64,000 nucleotides of DNA. It comes from an uncultured Veillonellaceae bacterium. GTDB taxonomy: Bacteria; Bacillota; Negativicutes; JARBTT01. Location: contig CAWDTA010000002.1 of the NCBI GenBank assembly GCA_963805085.1, positions 1,120,001 through 1,184,000 of the forward strand, in the 5' to 3' direction. Position 1 is the stretch's first letter. Each line of letters starts with the position of its first letter. The notes below the pieces were generated by a model. It was not told where the DNA came from and ran no database searches. It saw nothing but the letters and a program-made list of their open reading frames with translations. Positions 1 through 9,035 of the stretch are shown in pieces. A program made the translations under genes and the position numbers.

Positions 1-1
1 C

Positions 2-3000
2 GCTTATGCAAGGTATCGTAATGATTTGGTGGTTGCAAATCAACGACAGGGCCGGACACTATCCATCAATTGGCCATTGTGGAAAGATGGTGGGATGCAT
101 GTAGACGAGGAAACAGAAAAGATGATGCTGCAGACTATGGGTATGATGGCGATGCAGAGCTCAACTGGAATAAGAGTTTTATATGAAGGTTTAGTTTCAG
201 GGAAAGATCAGATTATGATGGTAGAAGGTAAGCTAGCACGAATGAAGCAAAAACTTCTTTCTAATCAACAATCGAAAACTTCCATTGCATCCGATTCCTC
301 AATAGAGATTGATACAAGCAATATGTTGGATAAAGTGCAGGAAGCTTTAATGCAAACAGTATCTAATTTAATTAAGGTTAATATCGGTGATATTGATGCC
401 GATGCCGAATTGAGTGAGTATGGATTTGATTCAATAATGTTTACCGAATTTACCAATAAACTCAATCAAGAGTATATGCTTGAACTGACACCGACCATAT
501 TTTTCGAATATCCTACGCTCGGTAGTTTTGCCATCTATTTGGTAAAACAACACCAAGATGTGCTTGCACCACGATTTGTAGTACGGACTAGGATAGATAT
601 ATCTGTACAGAACAGTGAAGTTGCAGCTGCTTCCTCAATGGAGATTGATACAAGCAATATGTTGGATAAAGTGCAGGAAGCTTTAATGCAAACAGTATCT
701 AATCTAATTAAGGTTAATATCGGGGATCTTGATGTAGATGCTGAATTGAGTGAATATGGATTTGATTCAATAATGTTTACCGAATTTACCAATAAGCTCA
801 ATCAGGAATACAAGCTTGAATTGACACCGACCATATTTTTTGAATATCCTACGCTCTGTAGTTTTGCTAGATATTTGGTAGAACAACACCAAGATGTGCT
901 TGCACCACGATTTGCAGTACAAGCCAAGGTAGAAGCGCCGATACAACCCATTGAAGATAAAAAGGAAGAAATTTCATCGAATAAAAGGCAACATTCCCGG
1001 TTTGTAAGAACGATGGCAGTATCCGCAGAAAAATCGACTACAAGCAATTCGGAACCTATTGCTATTGTAGGAATGAGTGGCATATTCCCTATGGCCAAAG
1101 ATGTGAATGAACTTTGGACAAACCTTTTGGAAGGTAAAGATTGCATTACGGAGATTCCTAAGAGTCGTTGGGATTGGCGAGAGTATTACGGTGATCCTAA
1201 AAAAGAAGCCAATAAATCAAACGTCAAATGGGGTGGATTTATTGACGGCATAGACGAGTTTGATCCGTTGTTTTTCGGAATTTCTCCCAGAGAAGCCGAG
1301 CTAATGGATCCTCAACAGCGGTTATTAATGATTCATGCTTGGAAGGTTATTGAAGATGCCGGATATTCGGCGCAAAGTCTTTCAGGAACCCAAACGGGTA
1401 TGTTTGTGGGAACCATGAGTACTGGTTACAATCAATTGATTGCCGAGGCAAATGTAGCCGTCGAAGGATATTCTTCTACGGGGATGGTTCCTTCGGTTGG
1501 ACCAAATCGAATGAGCTATTTTCTTAATATTCATGGCCCTAGCGAACCGGTTGAAACGGCTTGCTCCAGTGCATTAGTTGCAATTCATCGGGCAGTAAGC
1601 GCCATAGAAAATGGAAGCTGCGAGATGGCACTGGTTGGTGGTGTCAATACACTGGTAACACCAGAACTTCAGATCAGTTTCAACAAAGCAGGAATGCTAT
1701 GTGAAGATGGACGATGCAAAACTTTTTCAAATAAAGCGAATGGTTATGTACGAGGCGAAGGTGCTGGGATGATTTTTCTGAAAAAGCTTAAAGATGCAGA
1801 ACAAGCAGGAGATCATATTTATGGAGTGATTCGAGGCAGTGCTGAAAATCACGGAGGTCGTGCAAATTCCTTGACGGCGCCTAATCCAAAGGCGCAGGCA
1901 GAAGTGCTAAAAGCTGCTTATACTAAGGCGGGGATTGATCCGAGAACCGTTACTTACATTGAGGCGCATGGAACTGGTACGGAGCTGGGTGATCCGATTG
2001 AAATTAACGGGTTAAAAGCAGCCTTTAAAGACCTCTACCAAGCCACAGGAGATTCACAGGTCGTAAGTAGTCATTGCGGAGTGGGTTCGGTAAAAACCAA
2101 TATTGGTCATTTAGAAATGGCTGCAGGAATTGCGGGTGTAATTAAAGTCCTATTGCAGCTTAAACATAAAACGCTGGTTAAAACCCTTCATTGCGATACG
2201 ATTAATCCGTACATTCAGCTTAAAGACAGCCCATTCTATATAGTTCAGGAGACTAAGGAATGGAAAACCGTACAAGATGAGAGGGGCAACGATATTCCGC
2301 GGCGGGCTGGAGTGAGCTCGTTTGGATTTGGGGGCGCCAATGCTCACGTAATAATTGAGGAATATATTCCAAAGAATCAGGAACAACCTCAAGGCTCGCT
2401 TGCCAATGGTAATCCTGTAATTATTGTATTATCGGCTAAAAATGAAGGGCAACTCAAAGAACAGGCGCGGCAATTATTGTCCGGAATACAGAAACAACAA
2501 TTTTCAGATGCTAGTTTAGCGGATGTGGCCTATACACTTCAGGTTGGACGTGAAGCAATGGAAGAACGCTTGGCCATAATTGTTGGATCTGTCAAAGAAC
2601 TCGAAGAAAAATTAAAGGGTTTTATAAACGGACAAAATGGTATTCCAGATTTATATGGTGGAGGGGTCAAACGAAATAAAGATACTATAGCTATTCTTGC
2701 AGTAGATGAAGATATGCCAAAGATCATAGATGCTTGGATTGCCAAAGGGAAATTTAAGAAATTACTAGACATGTGGGTTAAGGGTTTAAACTTTGATTGG
2801 AATAAGTTGTATGGCGATATTAAACCTAGTCGTTTGAGTCTCCCAACCTATCCTTTTGCTAGGGAGCACTATTGGGTTCCGGAAAGTAAAAAACAAATAT
2901 CGACAAGTTCTTTATTTTTACCAAAAGACGTCCAATTCAATTATTCATTTTATGATCAATTATTTGATGATGTAATCAATAATACGATAAGTGTTGACAA

Positions 3001-3052
3001 TGCTAGTCAGAAAGTAATAAATTTACGGAAAAATAAAAATCTTAATATTTAG
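2..3052 (+). CDS. trans-AT PKS, 5'-truncated by window: (KR C-term)-ACP-ACP-KS-docking domain
   Basis: Frame is open from base 2 (AYARYRNDLVVA...). Two GFDS ACPs; KS with ETACSS / HGTGT / NIGH triad; no AT domain; short C-terminal helical docking segment (FYDQLFDDVINNTISVDNA). Confidence 0.95.
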   Translation, partial: AYARYRNDLVVANQRQGRTLSINWPLWKDGGMHVDEETEKMMLQTMGMMAMQSSTGIRVLYEGLVSGKDQIMMVEGKLARMKQKLLSNQQSKTSIASDSSIEIDTSNMLDKVQEALMQTVSNLIKVNIGDIDADAELSEYGFDSIMFTEFTNKLNQEYMLELTPTIFFEYPTLGSFAIYLVKQHQDVLAPRFVVRTRIDISVQNSEVAAASSMEIDTSNMLDKVQEALMQTVSNLIKVNIGDLDVDAELSEYGFDSIMFTEFTNKLNQEYKLELTPTIFFEYPTLCSFARYLVEQHQDVLAPRFAVQAKVEAPIQPIEDKKEEISSNKRQHSRFVRTMAVSAEKSTTSNSEPIAIVGMSGIFPMAKDVNELWTNLLEGKDCITEIPKSRWDWREYYGDPKKEANKSNVKWGGFIDGIDEFDPLFFGISPREAELMDPQQRLLMIHAWKVIEDAGYSAQSLSGTQTGMFVGTMSTGYNQLIAEANVAVEGYSSTGMVPSVGPNRMSYFLNIHGPSEPVETACSSALVAIHRAVSAIENGSCEMALVGGVNTLVTPELQISFNKAGMLCEDGRCKTFSNKANGYVRGEGAGMIFLKKLKDAEQAGDHIYGVIRGSAENHGGRANSLTAPNPKAQAEVLKAAYTKAGIDPRTVTYIEAHGTGTELGDPIEINGLKAAFKDLYQATGDSQVVSSHCGVGSVKTNIGHLEMAAGIAGVIKVLLQLKHKTLVKTLHCDTINPYIQLKDSPFYIVQETKEWKTVQDERGNDIPRRAGVSSFGFGGANAHVIIEEYIPKNQEQPQGSLANGNPVIIVLSAKNEGQLKEQARQLLSGIQKQQFSDASLADVAYTLQVGREAMEERLAIIVGSVKELEEKLKGFINGQNGIPDLYGGGVKRNKDTIAILAVDEDMPKIIDAWIAKGKFKKLLDMWVKGLNFDWNKLYGDIKPSRLSLPTYPFAREHYWVPESKKQISTSSLFLPKDVQFNYSFYDQLFDDVINNTISVDNASQKVINLRKNKNLNI

Positions 3053-3067
3053 GAGGGAATATGAAAG

Positions 3068-6000
3068 ATGAAAGATATTGTCAAGTACATTTTTCATGAG
3101 GTACAGAGTAGGCGATTACCGAAAACGGATGCAATAGATTTGATAAGTCAACTTCAAACTCAGATTATTTCTGATCGATCTTGTTTCCTTCACCCTCTGC
3201 TCCAGCAAAACACTTCTGATTTTTCTGAGCAAAGATTCAGTTCCACATTTACCGGGCAGGAATTTTTTCTGGCAGATCATATCGTGAAGGGACAGCGGGT
3301 TTTACCCGGGGTAGCCTATCTTGAAATGGCACGAGCAGCAGTACAGCAGGCAGCAGGCGCTCTGAAAGAGGGTAACAACCAACAAATTCAATTTAAAAAT
3401 ATTGTTTGGTCTAGACCTATTGTTATAGAAAAACATCCGGTTCAGGTAAATATTGGACTATATCCTGAAGATAATGGAGATATTGCCTATGAAATCTATA
3501 GCGGATCTGAAGATATCAATGCAGAGCCTATAGTATATAGCCGGGGCAGTGCCGTGCTCAGTTCGGGTTTTGAAATTCCAGTTTTAGATCTTAAGGCGTT
3601 ACAAACACAATGTAGTCAAAGCAGCCTTTCTTCTAGTGAGTGCTACGAAATCTATAGCGAAATGGGAATTGACTATGGTCCAGGACACCAGGGAATTGAG
3701 AAGGTGTACGTGGGCTTGGGCCAAGTGTTGGCAAAGCTATATTTACCTTCTGTTGTCTCCGAGACGCGAGATCAATTCATCCTGCATCCTAGCTTGATGG
3801 ATTCTGCCTTACAGGCATCAATTGGCTTAATAATGGGGTCTAGTACCCCATTATTATCCCTGCCTTTTGCGCTTCAGGAGCTTAAAGTCTTTAGTAAATG
3901 CACCTGTGCCATGTGGGCTTTGATTCGCTACAGCAACGGAAGTAAAGCTGGGGATAAAGTACAGAAACTTGATATTGACTTGTGTGATGAAATAGGGAAT
4001 ATTTGTGTACAGATGAAGGGTTTTTCATCGAGAGTTCTAGAAGGTGAAGTGGGATCGGTAGGCTCATCAGTGGCAGAGACAGTTGGAATGTTGAGACTTA
4101 CACCCTTGTGGAAACAACAAGATGCGCAAGGAGAGAACATGGCATCTGACTATGCCGATCATGTTGTGATACTTTGTGAACCAAAAAAAGAAATTCAGGA
4201 AAGCATTGAAACTGCAATGAAAGGAATACACTGCTTTACCTTGAAATCTGAGCACAGCGGTATAGACCAACGGTTTCAAACCTATGCAGTCCAAGTGTTT
4301 GAAAAAATCCAAAGCATTATCAAAGGAAAAACTACTGGTAAGGTGCTAGTTCAGATTGTAGTTTCTACAGAGAATGAACAACAACTATTCTTGGCATTTT
4401 CCGGGCTTCTAAAAACGGCGCAGCTTGAGAATAAAAATCTTATTGGACAGCTGATTGGTTTAGATGGATGGAAAGATTCTAAAGGAATTATAGAAAAATT
4501 GACTGAAAATAGTCGAAGCAAAGCGACTCAGATCCAATATCAAAAAGGCAAACGACAGGTTATGACTTGGAGTGAAATAGGAGTATCAGACAAAGAAGTG
4601 AGTGTTCCTTGGAAAGACCAGGGTATCTATCTGATTACCGGCGGTGTCGGCGGTTTAGGGATCATTTTTGCCAGAGATATTGCACATAAAGTTAAGAATG
4701 CCACCATAATTTTGACAGGAAGATCTCCTCTGAGTGAGGAAAAACAAGAAAAACTTAAAGAATTAGAAAGTTTAGGTATCCGGACTGAATATAAGCAGGT
4801 TGATGTAATCCAAAAGAAGGCGGTTGCCGATTTAATTAAGGATATCCAAAAGAAATTTGGAAGTCTTAATGGCATCATTCATGCTGCAGGAGTAAATCGA
4901 GATAACTTTATTATCAAAAAGACTAAAGATGAACTATTAGAAGTATTGGCTCCGAAAGTTACTGGATTGGTGAATTTAGATCTGGCAAGCAAGGATCTAA
5001 GCCTTGACTTCTTCGTGCTCTTTTCTTCAATCGCAGGAAGCTTAGGAAATTTAGGTCAGATTGATTATTCTGCCGCTAACGCCTTTATGGATGCTTATGC
5101 GAAGTATCGTAACGATTTGGTGGTTGCAAATCAACGACAGGGTCAGACTTTGTCCATCAATTGGCCATTGTGGAAAGATGGTGGGATGCATGTAGACGAG
5201 GAAACAGAGAAGATGATGTTGCAGAATACGGGCATGATGGTCATGCAGGCTTCAACCGGCATAGGAGTATTATATGAAGGTTTAGCTTCTGGCAAAGATC
5301 AGATTATGATGGTAGAAGGTAAGCTAGAACGAATGAAGGAAAAATTGCTTTCTAATCAACAATCGAAAGCTCCAGTTGCAGCTGCTTCCTCAATGGAGAT
5401 TGATACAAGCAATATGTTGGATAAAGTGCAGGAAACTTTAATGCAAGCAGTATCTAATCTAATTAAGGTTAATATCGGGGATCTTGATGTAGATGCTGAA
5501 TTGAGTGAATATGGATTTGATTCAATAATGTTTACCGAATTTACCAATAAACTCAATCAGGAATATACGCTTGAATTGACACCAACCATATTTTTTGAAT
5601 ATCCTACGCTCTGTAGTTTTGCTAGATATTTGGTAGAACAACACCAAAATGTGCTTGCACCATATTTTATAGTACAAACCAAGGTGGAAGCTCCGATACA
5701 AACCATTGCTTCAATAGGGATTGATACAAGTAATATGTTGGATAAAGTGCAGGAAGCTTTAATGCAAGCAGTATCTAATTTAATTAAGGTTAATATCGGG
5801 GACCTTGATGTAGATGCTGAATTGAGTGAATATGGATTTGATTCAATAATGTTTACCGAATTTACCAATAAACTCAATCAGGAATATACGCTTGAATTGA
5901 CACCAACCATATTTTTTGAATATCCTACGCTCTGTAGTTTTGCTAGATATTTGGTAGAACAACACCAAGATGTGCTTGCACCACATTTTGTAGTACAAAC

Positions 6001-8884
6001 CAAGGTAGAAACTTCGATACAACCCATTGAAGATAAAAAGGAAGAAGTTTCATCTAATAAAAGACAACATTCCCGGTTTGTAAGAACGATGGCAGTATCC
6101 GCAGAAAAATCGATTGCAAACAATTCGGAACCTATTGCAATTGTAGGGATGAGTGGCATATTCCCTATGGCCAAAGATGTAAATGAACTTTGGACAAACC
6201 TTGTGGAAGGCAAAGATTGCATTACGGAAATTCCTAAGAGTCGTTGGGATTGGCAAGAGTATTATGGCGATCCTAAAAAAGAAGCCAATAAATCAAACGT
6301 TAAATGGGGAGGATTTATTGACGGCATAGATGAGTTTGATCCGTTATTTTTTGGAATTTCTCCTAGAGAAGCCGAGCTAATGGATCCTCAACAGCGGTTA
6401 CTAATGATTCATGCTTGGAAGGTTATTGAAGATGCTGGATATTCGGCGCAAAGCCTTTCAGGAACAAAAACAGGTATGTTCGTGGGAACCATGAGTACCG
6501 GTTACAATCAATTGATTGCCGAGGCAAATGTAGCCATCGAAGGGTATTCTTCTACAGGCATGGTTCCTTCGGTTGGACCAAATCGAATGAGCTATTTTCT
6601 CAATATTCATGGTCCTAGTGAACCGGTTGAAACGGCTTGCTCCAGCGCATTAGTTGCAATTCATCGGGCAGTAAGCGCCATAGAAAATGGAAGCTGCGAG
6701 ATGGCACTGGTTGGTGGTGTCAATACACTGGTAACACCAGAACTTCAGATCAGTTTCAACAAAGCAGGAATGCTATGTGAAGATGGACGATGCAAAACTT
6801 TTTCAAATAAAGCGAATGGTTATGTACGAGGCGAAGGTGCTGGGATGATTTTTCTGAAAAAGCTTAAAGATGCAGAACAAGCAGGAGATCATATTTATGG
6901 AGTGATTCGAGGCAGTGCTGAAAATCACGGAGGTCGTGCAAATTCCTTGACGGCGCCTAATCCAAAGGCGCAGGCAGAAGTGCTAAAAGCTGCTTATACT
7001 AAGGCGGGGATTGATCCGAGAACCGTTACTTACATTGAGGCGCATGGAACTGGTACGGAGCTGGGTGATCCGATTGAAATTAACGGGTTAAAAGCAGCCT
7101 TTAAAGACCTCTACCAAGCCACAGGAGATTCACAGGTCGTAAGTAGTCATTGCGGAGTGGGTTCGGTAAAAACCAATATTGGTCATTTAGAAATGGCTGC
7201 AGGAATTGCGGGTGTAATTAAAGTCCTATTGCAGCTTAAACATAAAACGCTGGTTAAAACCCTTCATTGCGATACGATTAATCCGTACATTCAGCTTAAA
7301 GACAGCCCATTCTATATAGTTCAGGAGACTAAGGAATGGAAAACCGTACAAGATGAGAGGGGCAACGATATTCCGCGGCGGGCTGGAGTGAGCTCGTTTG
7401 GATTTGGGGGCGCCAATGCTCACGTAATAATTGAGGAATATATTCCAAAGAATCAGGAACAACCTCAAGGCTCGCTTGCCAATGGTAATCCTGTAATTAT
7501 TGTATTATCGGCTAAAAATGAAGGGCAACTCAAAGAACAGGCGCGGCAATTATTGTCCGGAATACAGAAACAACAATTTTCAGATGCTAGTTTAGCGGAT
7601 GTGGCCTATACACTCCAAGTGGGACGTGAAGCAATGGAAGAACGCTTGGCCATAATTGTTGGATCTGTCAAAGAACTCGAAGAAAAATTAAAGGGTTTTA
7701 TAAACGGACAAAATGGTATTCCAGATTTATATGGTGGAGGGGTCAAACGAAATAAAGATACTATAGCTATTCTTGCAGCAGATGAAGATATGCCAAAGAT
7801 TATAGATGCTTGGATTGCCAAAGGGAAATTTAAGAAATTACTAGACATGTGGGTTAAGGGTTTAAACTTTGATTGGAATAAGTTGTATGGCGATATTAAA
7901 CCGAGTCGTTTGGGTCTCCCAACCTATCCTTTTGCTAAGGAGCACTATTGGGTTCCGAAAAACCGGAGTAAACTTGGTAGAAGTAATGCAGTTGCAACCA
8001 TTCATCCGCTGCTGCAACAAAATACATCAGATTTTTCTGCCTACCGATTTAGTTCTACATTTACGGGTCAGGAGTTTTTCCTAACCAATTATGAAGTAGA
8101 GAATCAACGGGTTCTATCAGAGGTGTCCTATCTTGAAATGGCACGAGCTGCAGTAAGTCAGGCAATGGGAGATTTACAATTAGGTGAGACTAAAATTTGG
8201 CTTAAAAATGTGGTTTGGTCTAAGCCTATCGTTGTAGTGGATCAGCCCATTCAGATACATATTGAACTCTACCCCGAAGAAGATGGCGATATCGCTTATG
8301 AAATCTATAGCAAGTCTGAAAAAAATGATGCAGAGCCTGTAATACATAGCCAGGGTATAGCAGTATTAGGTTCGTCCTCTGAAATTCGAGGCTTGAATAT
8401 TAGTGATTTACAAGCGCAGTGCAGCTATGGCAACCTTTCTTCCAGCCAGTGTTACGAAAGCTATAGCCAAATGGGAATTGACTATAGCTCTGGACAGCGG
8501 GGGATTGAGAAGGTGTATGTGGGTTCAGACAAAGTGTTGGCAAAGCTGTATTTACCTTCAGCTATCTTGGATACTCAAGACCAATTCGTTCTGCATCCTA
8601 GCTTAATGGATTCCGCCTTACAGGCATCAATTGGCTTAATGATGGGCTCTGATAACCCTAAATTGTCTGTACCTTTCGCACTTCAGGAACTTGAAATTTT
8701 TAGTAAATTAACTTCCGAAATGTGGGCTCTAATTCGTTACAGCAACGGAAGTGAAGCCAGAAATAAAGTACAGAAACTCACTATTGATTTGTGTGATGAA
8801 ACAGGGAATGTTTGTGTACAAATGAAGGGACTTTCAACAAGAATTCTAAAAAGTAAAGTGTATAACTATTCGAACATCAGTTAG
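3068..8884 (+). CDS. trans-AT PKS: dock-DH-KR-ACP-ACP-KS-DH0
   Basis: RBS aggagg at ~3051; DH HIVKGQRVLP and HPSLMDS; KR GGVGGLG and YSAAN; two GFDS ACPs; KS ETACSS/HGTGT/NIGH; C-terminal DH lacks the catalytic His and Pro (TNYEVENQRVLSE). Confidence 0.95.
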   Translation: MKDIVKYIFHEVQSRRLPKTDAIDLISQLQTQIISDRSCFLHPLLQQNTSDFSEQRFSSTFTGQEFFLADHIVKGQRVLPGVAYLEMARAAVQQAAGALKEGNNQQIQFKNIVWSRPIVIEKHPVQVNIGLYPEDNGDIAYEIYSGSEDINAEPIVYSRGSAVLSSGFEIPVLDLKALQTQCSQSSLSSSECYEIYSEMGIDYGPGHQGIEKVYVGLGQVLAKLYLPSVVSETRDQFILHPSLMDSALQASIGLIMGSSTPLLSLPFALQELKVFSKCTCAMWALIRYSNGSKAGDKVQKLDIDLCDEIGNICVQMKGFSSRVLEGEVGSVGSSVAETVGMLRLTPLWKQQDAQGENMASDYADHVVILCEPKKEIQESIETAMKGIHCFTLKSEHSGIDQRFQTYAVQVFEKIQSIIKGKTTGKVLVQIVVSTENEQQLFLAFSGLLKTAQLENKNLIGQLIGLDGWKDSKGIIEKLTENSRSKATQIQYQKGKRQVMTWSEIGVSDKEVSVPWKDQGIYLITGGVGGLGIIFARDIAHKVKNATIILTGRSPLSEEKQEKLKELESLGIRTEYKQVDVIQKKAVADLIKDIQKKFGSLNGIIHAAGVNRDNFIIKKTKDELLEVLAPKVTGLVNLDLASKDLSLDFFVLFSSIAGSLGNLGQIDYSAANAFMDAYAKYRNDLVVANQRQGQTLSINWPLWKDGGMHVDEETEKMMLQNTGMMVMQASTGIGVLYEGLASGKDQIMMVEGKLERMKEKLLSNQQSKAPVAAASSMEIDTSNMLDKVQETLMQAVSNLIKVNIGDLDVDAELSEYGFDSIMFTEFTNKLNQEYTLELTPTIFFEYPTLCSFARYLVEQHQNVLAPYFIVQTKVEAPIQTIASIGIDTSNMLDKVQEALMQAVSNLIKVNIGDLDVDAELSEYGFDSIMFTEFTNKLNQEYTLELTPTIFFEYPTLCSFARYLVEQHQDVLAPHFVVQTKVETSIQPIEDKKEEVSSNKRQHSRFVRTMAVSAEKSIANNSEPIAIVGMSGIFPMAKDVNELWTNLVEGKDCITEIPKSRWDWQEYYGDPKKEANKSNVKWGGFIDGIDEFDPLFFGISPREAELMDPQQRLLMIHAWKVIEDAGYSAQSLSGTKTGMFVGTMSTGYNQLIAEANVAIEGYSSTGMVPSVGPNRMSYFLNIHGPSEPVETACSSALVAIHRAVSAIENGSCEMALVGGVNTLVTPELQISFNKAGMLCEDGRCKTFSNKANGYVRGEGAGMIFLKKLKDAEQAGDHIYGVIRGSAENHGGRANSLTAPNPKAQAEVLKAAYTKAGIDPRTVTYIEAHGTGTELGDPIEINGLKAAFKDLYQATGDSQVVSSHCGVGSVKTNIGHLEMAAGIAGVIKVLLQLKHKTLVKTLHCDTINPYIQLKDSPFYIVQETKEWKTVQDERGNDIPRRAGVSSFGFGGANAHVIIEEYIPKNQEQPQGSLANGNPVIIVLSAKNEGQLKEQARQLLSGIQKQQFSDASLADVAYTLQVGREAMEERLAIIVGSVKELEEKLKGFINGQNGIPDLYGGGVKRNKDTIAILAADEDMPKIIDAWIAKGKFKKLLDMWVKGLNFDWNKLYGDIKPSRLGLPTYPFAKEHYWVPKNRSKLGRSNAVATIHPLLQQNTSDFSAYRFSSTFTGQEFFLTNYEVENQRVLSEVSYLEMARAAVSQAMGDLQLGETKIWLKNVVWSKPIVVVDQPIQIHIELYPEEDGDIAYEIYSKSEKNDAEPVIHSQGIAVLGSSSEIRGLNISDLQAQCSYGNLSSSQCYESYSQMGIDYSSGQRGIEKVYVGSDKVLAKLYLPSAILDTQDQFVLHPSLMDSALQASIGLMMGSDNPKLSVPFALQELEIFSKLTSEMWALIRYSNGSEARNKVQKLTIDLCDETGNVCVQMKGLSTRILKSKVYNYSNIS

Positions 8885-9035
8885 GTTATTTTCTCATAAA
8901 AACAGTGAAGAATTGAATTCATTGCATCCCATTAATGAGTTGTTTAAAACTAATGATTCACTAGAAGGTTGGTCATAGATAACGTATGAAAATCGCTCAA
9001 TTAATTCGTTCGTTTAAAAAGAAGGAGGGGTATTA

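Noticed and set aside
300-6000. Tandem ACPs as a sign of beta-branching
   Set aside because: They read GFDSIMFTEF and lack the Trp of the GxDSx5W signature; no HMGS or ECH genes are in the window.
265-7848. Repeated small minus-strand ORFs (MSLLVNSVNII..., MRLFLILWN...)
   Set aside because: They are antisense to duplicated ACP and KS sequence and recur only because the PKS DNA is duplicated.
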